The notes beneath the pieces are model-generated. The model saw only the letters and a program-made list of their open reading frames with translations, ran no database searches and was not told where the DNA came from. Positions 34,504 through 46,768 of a stretch of 49,762 nucleotides of DNA are shown here, piece after piece. Position numbers and translations under genes: made by a program. Source of the stretch: Gonapodya sp. JEL0774 (taxonomy: Eukaryota); the NCBI GenBank assembly GCA_027604505.1, contig JADIIX010000151.1:1-49762 (forward strand). The letters are read 5' to 3'. Every line of letters starts with the position of its first letter. The first letter of the stretch is position 1.

Positions 34504-35084
34504 GTTGCTGCTGTTGCTGCTGTTGCTGTGCGATGTGCTCGCTCTTGTCTTTCACCCTGATGATGTCTCCTCTGTTCTCCTTGTCGATTCTCTCGCCCCT
34601 TTTGAATCAGATCTGCTTCGTCTGCGTCCGGTGTTCGGTGTTCTGGGTCTGATGACAGATCGCTCCCCTGCCCATTCAATCCCCAGATCATCACCCTGCT
34701 GCGGTCGATCAATCGCCGACCCTGACCCTCCCAACACTTGGACTTCCCCCAAAATCACCTCATCCAATCACACAAGCGGGCCAAACGCGGGAAACTGTAT
34801 GTCATAGGTCTGAGCCAGCCTATTACTTGTTGCAGTGCTCGTCACTCTGCCGCCTGCACACTCCACCGGTGTCACCTCCCTTCCCTTCTTCTCCCCAGTC
34901 TCCTCCTCCACCCCGGCACCTCTGCCATGCGCTCTTATGCCCCCCACTCCAATTCTTGTACACCCGAGTCCCATTCCACTATACCACCACCCACATACTC
35001 TGCCCACACCACTCACTCCCTCCAAACCAACCAACCCAATCGTTTCCTTCACACCCTACAATCCCACGACACCAAAAAAATTGG

Positions 35085-35129
35085 AATGGATGCATCGATG
35101 GATGGATGGATGGATGGATGAATGAATGA
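35085..35129 (+). repeat. (ATGG)n(ATGA)n microsatellite
   Basis: Directly visible tandem repeats. Confidence 0.85.
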
Positions 35130-36496
35130 GCAAAGGAAGCACATAACAGAAACACAGAATAAACGAGGATCACCACATGACACAACTCACCAGGTTGGAC
35201 CCGACAATAAATAACGAAATAACGAAAAATCGAAAAAACGAACCTCGAAACCTCGATCCTTACCGGACCCAGAACCTCTGCCCTGCGCCCCGCCCCACCT
35301 TCGTGTTCCCCGCCTCGCCCACCTCATTCCCCTTCCTTCCACATCCTCTCACATCCTCAAGCGACTCACGGTCCACGGAGTGCACCGCGTGCCTGAATTT
35401 CCCACCCCGATTCGGTTTCCGACACCGACCGCTCACCCACCCACCCTATACCAGATCACGGCTCACGTCTCACGGCCCACCTACCCACCCACCCGTACCC
35501 GTACCAGCTCACGCCTCAAACGTCGGGTCCCCAAGGGAGTGTCGGGTGGTCAGCGTACCTCGATGCACGACGCTCAAGACGAGACGATCGTCGAAGGAAC
35601 TTGGAATTTTTGCAAATTTGGAAGTGTCGAGAGCTGGAATCTGGAATCTGGGAATTTGGTACGGGGGGATGGAGGCGAGGGAGGGGGGGGACTGTTGGGT
35701 GCGGGGTACGGGGTACGGGGGAGCGGGGAGCAGCGCAGACAGGCGTTTACTTCTCGTTCGACGTATACATGGATGCTGCGACCGCTCTCTCCCATCCCAC
35801 TGCATTCCCCATCTCATCTTTTCTTCCCACCCCCGCTACTTCTCCACTCTCTTCCGACCCCCCAAACCGAACCCCGAACTCTCTACCATCCTCACCCTCG
35901 CCCTCGCCTGCTCACTGCCGCCTGCTTCCACCTCTCCCAATCCGTCCGAACTCCGATCCTCGCTCGCCCTCTCCCGACATTTTTCCCATCCCACACCCCT
36001 CACCCTAGTTGTCATGAGTTTGCTTGCCAGTATTTACCGTATTTTAGAGATTGCTATGTATGCTACTACGTAGCACAGTTCTCTTGCGTCTGGCCACTGC
36101 TTGTTTCTGATGAATGAAAGGAGCACCTTCGGAGCATTTCCCCACTCGGGGGGCACAGGAATGAACCCGAACCCTTTCTCCTTTCAAAAAAAGTTTCCCG
36201 TGCCCATAGTGCATGAAGCTTCTGCTGCAACCGCGATTTGCAAGGGCCATCACCTCGAGTACTATCTTTGTGAGTGGCCGGATGATGGCGGCGTGGAGGC
36301 GGCGGATGGGGCGTGGAAGTGCATCCGAGCCGATGTGTGTCGGGACATTCATCACCTGTCGAGAAGTAGTCTCACCTCACTCAAAGTTTCTCGATTATTT
36401 GACTCGTCTGTTTCCTTCAATCTCCCCATCGATTCCGATCCCATCCGCCATCCGCGTTTCAAGACCCCACCATCGTTCACACGCTTCGTTTCCAGA

Positions 36497-38382
36497 ATGT
36501 CCCCTGTAGCAAACGGAACCGTCAATCCGTACTCAACAGCACCCCCTCCTCCTCACAAGCTGTGCATGATTCCTGGCCCCGGTGAGTTTGGAGGAGGCCA
36601 CTTGAAATCCCGTGAAGGCACATCACCAAAAGTTGGACACGTCGTGTGCCAACCCGCACACGGGATCTTTCATCGACCTTGTCTCATGGCACCCAAACAT
36701 ATCACTCACTTACTGATTGAATACTTATCGGTCATTATGTTCATCACACCCGCAATGCTCCCTTTCTCATCGTTTTGTAGTCGAGTTTGATGACGAGGTT
36801 CTGGCTCAAATGGCAACCCCTGCTATGAGCCACATGGATCCCTTCTTCCAAAATGTGTTTGGTGAAACCATCGAGTTGACCAGGGAGGTTTTTGGGACAA
36901 AGGTGAGCTTCGTTGGGTGCCAGCGGGTGACCATCTTTGAGGTGAAATCCATTCCTCCTCCCCCTCAAAAGACCGGCCAACCGCTCATCATCGCTGCATC
37001 CGGCACCGCCGGCTGGGACACTGTCGCAGCCAACCTTGTGAGCCCCACCGACCGCGTCTTGGTGGTTTCTACGGGTCTGTTCTCGGACCGCTTCGCCGAG
37101 TGCTTTTCCGCTTACGGTGCCGCAGCCGTGGACTCTATTAAAGCACCTCTCGGAAAGCGCCCCTCTCTTGAAGAAATCGAACGCGCACTCTCCTCCAACA
37201 CCTACCGCCTCATCACCGTCACCCACACCGACACCTCTGCTGGGGTCCTTTGGGATGTTCCGGCCATCACCGCCCTTGTCCGCCGCGTAAGCCCCGAAAC
37301 TTTGGTCGTTGTGGACGGGGTTTGCTCCGTGGGCTGCGAGGAACTGAAATTTGACGAGTGGGATGTGGACGTGGTGCACACAGCGAGCCAGAAAGCACTG
37401 GGGTGCCCACCCGGATTGGCAGTGATGTTGTTTTCGCAGAGAGCGTTGGTGAGTTTGCCGCGGACGAAGTGCACCGGGGAATTTTGCTTGGTTTGTAACC
37501 TAGCGCGGAGTATGGCGTTGATTGGCGGGGTGTGTTAATGTTTCGGTTCAGAGTGGTGTGCAGCGACAGCTTTGCTGAGTCTGAATTGGTTTCGCGGAGT
37601 CGCCGTTCTTTAATCCTTCCTTTCGCCATGAACAGAACGTATTCAAATCCCGTACCGCCCCAGTCCACGCCTATTATTTCAGCCTCGCTAAATGGCTACC
37701 CATCATGGCTTCGTATGAGGCAGTAAGTTTTAATGCTTCCCGTTTCTTTTGATCTCGGTTTCATCAACTCCTATTCCCTCCAATACTTAGCGCAAAGCCG
37801 GCTATTTCGCAACACCTGCTGTTCAATTGGTGAAGGCCCTGCATGCGAGTCTGAAACAGATGGTTTCAGCACAGGGTGGGATTGCACAGAGGTGAGTGAC
37901 AGGTGACGGATTTTTCCTAAGGTACTTCCCCAAACCGTAACTCCACCTCAACAGAATCGCCGAACACAAGGCCGCCTCTGAACACGTCAAATCCTCCATC
38001 GTAGCCATGGGTCTTCGCTTGGTCCCTGAATCACTCTCCATTGCAGCGCACGGCATGACTGCCGTGTGGTTGCCCGAAAAATTAGAGCTGGCCGACCTGT
38101 TACCAAGGGTAACAAAGAAGGGCGTTATGTTGGCTGGTGGCCTACACCCTGAAGCGCCAACACGGTACTTCAGAATTGGACACATGAATGTGAGTTGGAT
38201 GGAGGGATCAAGAAGTTGCTTGTGGATGTTTTTGACTTTGGCTGGTTATTGTTCTTCCCTGTAACTTTCAGATCAGCGTCACGGAGAGCGCTCTCGGTCA
38301 CATCTCTCAGACACTGAAAGCCATCGAGGAATCCCTGGAGGAGGCCGGGCATGCGTTCCCGGCGGGTTACAAGAAATTGTAG
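36497..38382 (+). CDS. AGX1: Alanine-glyoxylate aminotransferase (class V PLP enzyme; multi-exon)
   Basis: Motifs LCMIPGP, SHMDP.F, SGTAGWD, G.FSDRF, THTDTSAGV, VVDGVCSVG.EE..FDEW.VD, TASQKALG.PPGL (PLP lysine), YFATP.V, AGGLH and YFRIGHM. Ends ..YKKL*. Confidence 0.94.
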
Positions 38383-38728
38383 TCGTAGCCAGATTGCCAC
38401 CCCCACGCCGATACGGTGGGGAGCGATGAGGTCTAGATAGACTCTAGATTATCGTTGATATGTTATCACCTGTTTGAAACTTGCATAATCGAAAAAGCGT
38501 TGTCCGGATTGCAATACTTCTTGCTGAGTCGCCTGGAAAAGTATAATCAACTCTTTGATTCTCAGGCACACGACGGGTATTCCTCTCTCAATTTTTAAAA
38601 TTTGTTCGCTTGACCAGCATGTTCAGTCAATCATTTGTGAAAGTTTGGAAAGCTGTGGTGGTAACAGCCCTCGCAAGCACAGCCGAATACTCAGCGACAA
38701 GTGTTGTTTCAACCGAACGTGCTTCCCA

Positions 38729-39676
38729 ATGCCATCGACACGAGCAACCCGACGGAAGGCCTCCATCGCTAACGGCGCAGTAAGCTTGGAACCTCGAAGT
38801 ACACGTAGTCTCAACTCCAATTGGGTCAATTACAAGGGTGGGCTGGCATTCGGAGTCGCGATTGCCATGGCTCGGGTCTGGCATTAATGATATCACCGGG
38901 ACTTTCTGGACCATCCTTAACCATTCGCACAGGCTCATGGGTCGTACATTTTGCTCTCATCGTTGTTGGAAAGCTTGCCTTCTCCGTAATCCCGGGAATA
39001 ACGACTGAACTCTCGTGGACGTTGACCACGGTGACGTACAACATCGGACAGTTCTTGATGTTTCATGGAGTGAGCTCTCACTTTTAGTGGCGACGTATGT
39101 GAAATGCGGTCTTTTAACGGCTCTTTTCCCTCGCGTAGACCACTGGAAGTACGTTGTTGGTTCTTTGCACCAACGTGCCGAAGAAACTCTTCTAACTCGT
39201 AAAACTATTCTCAATCAGTACCTTGGAATGAGGATCAGGGCGAATCGTGAGTTAAATTGTTGGTGCCTTTTGCCTATTGTTTCTCTGCTTCCTCTTCGTT
39301 GCTTCGATTCGCAGGGACGACAAAACTCTCTGGCAACAAGTCGACAACGGAGCAGAGTACACTCCAGCTCGCAAATATTTGATAGTTTGTATATTCTCAA
39401 CAAATTTCCGAGCGCACCTCAGTTCTGACCACGTCTCCTAATACGACACAGGCGGTGCCAATAGTCCTGTGAGTGGGCTGTTTCCCTCGATGAGGCGACG
39501 AAATTCAAGCTTCTTGAGTTTCATTCTTCTGCTTGGTATATTTCTCACCTGCCCCTGCACCGTGATCGTCTAGTTTTCTCTTGAGCTGTCACTACTCCCA
39601 TTACGACACAACGTATTTCCTCGTCAATCTGCTGTCCTTGCTCCTGTGCATCGCACCGAAGTTGCCTGCTTTGTAA
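38729..39676 (+). CDS. ORM1: ORM/ORMDL sphingolipid-synthesis regulator (multi-exon; 3' end approximate)
   Basis: Spliced product N.NWVNYKG|SW..H, SWTLT..YN...FLMFHG|TTG|IPWNEDQGE|SDDKTLWQQVDNGAEYTPARKYL|VPIVL|FLLS.HY.HYD..PKLP. Confidence 0.92.
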
Positions 39677-39967
39677 AATTAGTTCCTTGGACATTTTTGC
39701 ATGTCGCTTCGATTCCGCCAATGGCTTTCGCACGACGGAGATTGACTTTAGATGAGGAAGCGCCAGATGGAGGGTAATGGAGAATTCGATATGCATGACA
39801 GGCTATACACGTAACATACAATGCTAATTGAAGTGGTGAATATGTACATTTTGAGACATTTGCAGTATTCATGTCTGCATTGGTGCCACCGAAGAGTTCT
39901 CCTCAACAAACTCTTAAAAGGAAAGGGGGAGACAATAAGGTGTTTCAATTCGACAGTAAGACCACAT

Positions 39968-40862
39968 CTAACATAGCGGGGACCGGAGCTCAATAAGCTC
40001 ACCGGCTGTGGCAAGATTTCTAATCTTCGGGAACTGAACTCTCTCTTCCAATTGTCCTTGAGCCCAGACGAGCATTCGCATCAGTGCCGGTAGCTTTGGA
40101 TCTTTATCCTGACATTGAGAAACGAGCACTGCTGCATTGAGTTCCGAGGCCGTTCGTTGTCGTTGAATGTGGTCGAGGAGGTCTCCAACTGGTGATTTTG
40201 GCAACGTAGACGAATCGAATGCCAGAAGGGCCATTGTACGCTCGAGTTCCGAGAGAAATTCAGGCTAAGAAACAGTCAACTCTGTTGGTCAGGATTGTTG
40301 ACGAGTTCTCCCTTGAGGTTCAGAAAAACCAAAACTCACATTGTCCTCCCCTCGTGGAGCCAGTTCGTCCTGTGCGAACTCAATCGCTTCGTTAACATTG
40401 CCGGTGCGAATAAGCTCGATCAGCTTTTGTTGTTGGAGGTGGAAGAAGAGCTTCGGGTTCGTATCCAGAATCTAACCAAACCATATGCTTCTTTCAGAGT
40501 TAGAATAACAGATATGCACGTGATGTTGCGCTTACATCCGGATCTAAATCGTTCACTCGCTCGATTGCTTCGTCAATGTTACCTCTCTGCACCGCGTTGC
40601 GAATGTTCATTCGATCCTCGATAGAAGCCAACTCTACTGATGGCTGCAGGCCGGACTCTTGGGCAAACTTCTCAGCTGCATCTTTGTAGCCCTCGATAAT
40701 AAGGTAATTCATCACCAGCTTGTTAAGGTCTCTGGAGTTTAAAAGGGATAAGAACATGAATGATCGCATTGCATAGAAGGTAAGCTTACTGTTTGTTTAT
40801 CTTTACAGCGGCGAGCTTGCGCTCCCATTCGTCCCGAGGGATGCTCTTCTTTTGAGGCTGCT
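39968..40862 (-). CDS. GID8: GID/CTLH complex subunit Gid8/TWA1 (LisH-CTLH-CRA; first exon not located)
   Basis: Motifs [71 protein letters not shown] and WAQ..L....FPKI. Confidence 0.93.
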
Positions 40863-41489
40863 GTGTCGCAGTCTGATTTTGATGGGAGATGGTAGTGCCC
40901 CAGACAATAACCACAGTGCGTCACGGAGCACGACAAGGGAGGCACACGTTAGTAAATTATGATAATTGGTTTGAAGAACGATCATTTCGGAGAAGACGAG
41001 TGCAGACGTCCTCTCTGAAGACAGACCAATCCCGTTTCCGTCAGTTGGCATTACAAAAAACACTCGCCAGAGAAGCCTGCCATAACGGCGGCCACGTTGT
41101 CAGAGAGATTCCCATGCAAAGTTAATCATTCGGAAAGGAAGGTCTGGGAGCATTCCCCCGCGCGGAGAACGCGAAAACTTTCCCCGCACAAACGTTGGAT
41201 TCGACGGTGGACACGATTGTCCCCAGGAACCACCAAGGTTTCACGAGCGGAAACATTGAAAGTCGGGCTCTTCTTCTCAGCTTACCATCGTGGAAGGAAC
41301 GTTCCTCTGGTACGACTGTGTCACAGATATAAACGGACCAGTTGCCACCTTTTGGTGACCACAACAAATCGAACATCAAACACAGCAGAAAATGTTGCTT
41401 ATCAACATCTTCCATTTTGCAGCCGTTCAGTTTGCATACGTGACTGTATCAACAATTTACATGATTCATAATGTCGCAAAACGATTTCC

Positions 41490-44400
41490 CTAAATCAGCT
41501 GCTCCCAATCTTCGACTGGTTCTCCCTCTGTGGTTCTTAACTTCAAGTCGCTAGTTGCATCGAAGCTCTGACGTATCTCATCCCCGAAAGCAGCGTCTGC
41601 CACACTTTCCTTCACCACCTCATGAACAGTGTTTCCCGCAGCTTGTGACCGACCGTCTGTGCTTCTGTGGACTTCCTCAAGCTCACCTACTGCCGCAGGT
41701 GATGGACTAGCATCTCTCTTCTTCTTTCTCTGAGTGACAGTCTTCCACCCCTCAATGGACTTGGGATCGCCTCCTGCGTCATCCAACAAGATCTCGAATG
41801 TGTTGTGGCTGGGTGATACCGCCCTTGTTGTTCCGGGAATGACACCACCAACGATGCCAGACGCGCTTCCCACGATTGGAGGAGGTTCCACTTTGATATG
41901 CTTGGCCTCTGGAACCACCTCACCACGCGAGTTCACCCAGACGCATTGGACGGAAGCAGCCCAGCCGTTTGCGATGAATTTCTCAGCGACCGCTGGTTGC
42001 ACCCGACGCATCAAGTCCTCGAGGTCCCCCATACTATCCTTGGAAGTCCGGTTGGCCATAGTTACGACTGCATCATCCTCGCCAACCCAAGATATTGTCA
42101 ATTTGCTTGTTCCAAACAAAGGCTCCAACAGAATTTCGAGATCCCGGCCGTCCATTCCAAAGGCCACCCCCACCAAGTTGAGTGAGTTCACAGCCGAGAG
42201 ACCCTTCTGGAATGTTTTGGACTTCGACCTCGGCGCGATTGTGGCGACACTGCCAGCTGACGACGAACTGACCGCGGCTTCGCTTAACAAGGGGTTCGGA
42301 ATCCTCGAGCCCTTACGACGGCGAACGATCAGACTCGGTGTCGAAGTGTCTGCGTCAACGACCTCAGGATCAATTTCATATGCTCTTTGGGCCAATTTCT
42401 CTGCAAATTCAAGATGGCTGCGACGAGCATTCCGAAGGACGTGCGCACTGTTTTTCGAAGCATCCGTGATGAAGTCTGAGAATGTTTTCTCTATTGATCG
42501 AACGAATGGGAGATTCTTCAAGGCGTACTATGCAAGTGCAAAAGTTAATGAGTCGAAATCCACAAAAACATGAAACATCACATATCACTTACATCTAATA
42601 TACTGGGTGGGTACTTTTGGACGATGCCGCTCTGCCCTTGTTGTTTGGCTGTTATGTCAATGTCCAAAGCAGCAGCAAGCTTTTTGTTCCGTTCCGCAAC
42701 GGCGCACGCTGCATCACACTGTAGAAACTGTCTCCACCCTGGCTTGCTGCTCTCGTGTTTGTCTTCCTGCTCCGTTTGCTCTGTTTCTCCAACAGGGGAT
42801 CCATCTCGTGGTCCAGCGCCACAAACACCCTCTTGAGTTCGAATTCCACACTTGCAGGTGAGGGTGACAATCTGCTTGCACGGAATATCGGGACATTCAC
42901 GTCCAAAGTGGCAGGTCGCTCCGCAAGGATGTCCGCAGGTTCCTCTGGCGTTCACACAACGTTCCGTGCACAACCACGTAGCCGTGTCCGGGTGCAGACG
43001 AATCTCAGTCAAAGCCTCCACAACTTGAGTCCCATGGTCGTGACAGACAACAGGGCACGGGTGGCCGCACTCGAGGACCTCCTCGCATTTCACGCCGCAC
43101 GATGCGGGAGCTCTGTCAGCACGGAAACACGGCAACTTGAGCATTTTTCTACCACAGCCGCAGACTCTACAAAATTGAAACAAGAAAGAGCTTAAGTGGT
43201 AAGAATACTGTCTTTGGGTTCAACTTTAAGCCACTCACCTCTCAACAAGTACTGAGCAAGGAGGGCAGGTTACATCATCTTGATGGCACTCGTGCTGTAT
43301 TTGAGCATGTCCACATGGTTGATTACGGATGCAGGGACGGTGACACACGGGAGGCTTTGTGCCGCACGGTTGAGGTGGATACATGACTGTTTGACCGCAG
43401 TGACAGCTGAGCTCCGTAAAAATTGCATTCAGACAGGGTGGGCAGCGACCCTTGTGGCCTAGTAACGATCAACAAGTGAAATTACATGTGTGCGCCTCCA
43501 AAACGATCGTACACTACACTCACAGTTCTCCTGGCATGAGTGGCCACAAGGAAGAGATTTGCCACAGACGAGTTTGCAGACATGGAACCCGTCAGGGTCA
43601 TCTTGGCGAGTATTTACTGCATTCATCGGGCAGCACTTTACTCCACACTGCAGGAGTGGTAGTCCGAGGAAAGTTTCTTCAATAATTGTGTCTGCTTAGT
43701 GCGACATAAACATCAGTCCCACATACCTGATGCCGCCCACATGATCTCAGTGCTTTGCATACTTTAAAGCACTTGGGGGCTTCAACACGATACGATTTTC
43801 CGTCCTCTCGGAGTTCGAGATCCCCACACACCACCTCCTGCTCAGTGCTCTCACAGCGACACTTTAACTTGACCTTATGCGAACAAGGTGCACAGGAGCC
43901 ACGGTGCTAGGGAAAAAGTATGAACAGGAAACAGATTACTCAACGATTATTGGTGACTAAATATTGGCAAGGATTTGACGGCACTCACGCATCTTGAAAG
44001 ACACTTGTGACCGCATTTCAAGGACTTTCCACATTGCAATGGACATGTAGGGACTGGATCCTCACAGCTCTCCCTGTTCTTGCCCTTCAGAAGGATTACA
44101 ACCTTGGCTTTACCGCAAGGGCAATGTGTCACCTTGCTGGGATCCCATGGACAGAGTTCTTCGGCACTGTGGGGCTCCGGATGACAGTCTTTCTCGCATC
44201 CGTGAGCGCCACAAGCGTAGCGGAACGAGCAGGTTTCCCCGCATGAAAATCCCTCCTTGGTGTCGTCGTCTTCCGATGAACCACATATGACGGATCGCAG
44301 TGCCCGACCGCAGTGACAGGTGCGCTGGAATAATTCTTCACATGGATTGCACGCACCAGCGTGGCACGAATCCACACACTGGTGTCGGAAACGCGAAAAC

Positions 44401-46291
44401 GTGCGTCACATTTTAGACTTGCAGGTGGTTGAAAAGAGATGGTTACTCACAGTATGCAAACCGCATGAAAGCTTTTTGCCGCAGGTATTCCCACATGCAC
44501 GCTGTCGTGATCCTGTTTTGACGGTTTCCGGGTCATTGCAGCGGCCGACAAACTGGGATTGAATGCCACGTCCAATGTCAATAACCACTCAATTAAGTTT
44601 GGGGTCACTAGCTAGTACGAGCTCACCTTAGCTTTCCCACAAAAACACGTCGTTTCCACGATTCTCGTACAAGGAGGATGGGGACCAGGGTGACATGACT
44701 CCGTACAGTCGTGCGGACATAAACCTCCAGGTCGACTTCCGAGACACGGTTCCCCACAAGAATGAGGTGTGAGATAGCTGTTATATCGGGGGTTGACGGT
44801 ACGTCCACAAAAGCACTTGTACTGTGTGGGATAAATTTGAGCGGTACTGCACTGAGGGCATCTCACTGTCGCCGGTTGGGGTCCAAGACCGGCGGGAGCG
44901 GACGCCGAAGCGATAGTGGGGTTCTGCGGTGTAGCAGCGGCTTTCGTTCCCCACTTTTGGGTGCAGTGAAGGTGAAACACTGCGTAGCAAGTTTCGCAAC
45001 TCCATGTCCGGTCGTGATGGCGCACACGATCCGTACAGATGAGGCAGTCGTAGGTCATGCTCGTTAGACCATGTACCAAAGTCGAAAGAAGATCATCAAA
45101 GTCCGGTGCTTTCTCGGAAATGGGGGACTTTCCAGACGCTGGCTCAGACGGAATCAATTGTTTGGGTTTCGAGCCAATACTGCTTGCCGGTGAATAATGA
45201 GTCGGCGCCCGTTCCTTCACCTCTAGCTTCGCAGATGAACTTGCAAACCCATTCCCGAAACTTTCTCCTCCTCCATTACCCCTGTCCCCTTCCCATCGAG
45301 CATCTTGAGAGGCTCTCTTTCGTCCAGGATTTGCTCCTTGCTGACCTGCACCGGGCTGGTGACTGTGACTCTGCTTGGGTCCGCGCGTTAGAGAGTCCCG
45401 CCCAAGATCCATGGTATTTGCCGCAGCTTCAAGCCTTGCACGAGCATCCTGAGACCGACGGGGAGCGTGCAAGGTGTTTTGCCCGACTGGGGGGACCACC
45501 TGCGGGAGTGCCGGGTTGAACGGTTGAGCTTGGCGGCCGTTTGCGAACAAAGCCTCGGGAGGACCAGCCGGTCCCGAAGAAGAACCCTCTGGCACAAAAG
45601 CCGTCGCACCGGGATCAAGGCGCCTCCCCGAGCCTCCCTGGTGCTGGCCGGATTGCCCTCGACTGTGCAGATTCTGATGGGGTAGCTGCGGAGGGACAAT
45701 CGACCCCATCACCCCGTTTTGGAACGCCCGAGCCTGTAGCGACGAGGGGCGGTTGCTGGGCGACCCGCGTTCTGAGGACGTTGCTACCACCCTCTGATGG
45801 TCCGACGGTCCAGGTCCACGAAACGACGCCTGCTGACGAGCTTGTCCCCCTTGCTGTCCGACAGTCCTTTCTCCTCCGTTTCTCCCGTCGCCCGACGCGC
45901 CCCTGCCGCCTTTGCGTCCACCTCTCGATCCCCGCTGAGTCCCCCCTCGGTGCGTGTGATCTCCCTCCGACTCCGGAGCAGATGCTGGCACCTCGACGAG
46001 CGGTCTGGCGGGTGTTGCAGGGCTTCCCGTGGACTGCGCCGGAGAGGGTGGACCAGGATGTCGGGATGCTTCACCGGACGGGGTTCTACCGCCACCCCTT
46101 CTGCCACCAAACGCGCTCGGCCCGCCTCGTCCGTGAAACGGCCTGGCGTATCCACTTGCGGCAGACGGACCTTTTGAAGAGTTGGAAAAACATTTCGATT
46201 TCGTTTCAAAACCATGGCAAAAGATGAGTCCCCTTCACCACCACTCACCTCCCACCAAAGTACTCTCATTGAAATCAAACACGGGCTCCAT
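41490..46291 (-). CDS. FAP1: NFX1/FAP1-family protein: RING, NF-X1 zinc fingers and degenerate R3H (multi-exon)
   Basis: RING YDCLICTD..WSCETCYAVFHLHC..W..CPQC; TPHSCGEPC; repeated C..CH.G.C..C fingers. First exon MEPVFDFNESTLVG|GTGAGT starts at 46291. Confidence 0.9.
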
Positions 46292-46768
46292 CGTATCCCC
46301 AGACGACCCCGCGTGTGGTGCTACGAACCCACCCGCTGAACCCCCGTGAGACGATCGCTCGGGCAGCTGGGGAAGACCTTGTTCCCACCCGGGACCACGC
46401 TCGACGGCCGATCGACCCTGCTTAGAAGCTCCGAGAGTCTTTTCTGTCGTCTGTGTGTATTTTAATATCGATGCGACTCCGACTCCGCCTGCAGATGGCG
46501 ATGCGAGTGGGTTTCGTGTTCGTCCTTGTCCCTGCTCTCCAGAGACAGACGAAGTCGCTGGTGAAGCGCTTTTCAGCGGTGATTCGTGTAAGAAAAGATG
46601 TGGTATCGCTGGATAAATTCTCTTTGTGGTAATAACGGTTCGGATATGGAAATGGAGAAATTGGTGATGGAAGGCTTTTTATATGGAGTGATCTCGTTGG
46701 ACTCAAATGCACTCGCCATTGAACAGTCCTTCACAAGACAAAAATCCAAGTTCACGTAAAAATTAATT

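Noticed and set aside
34764..34794. CCAAT box plus E2F-like site (TTTCCCGCG) upstream of CFAP77
   Set aside because: Single short motifs are expected by chance, and they were not seen upstream of the other ciliary genes.
11888..39676. Sphingolipid cluster linking the egghead-like GT and ORM
   Set aside because: They are about 25 kb apart with many unrelated genes between them.
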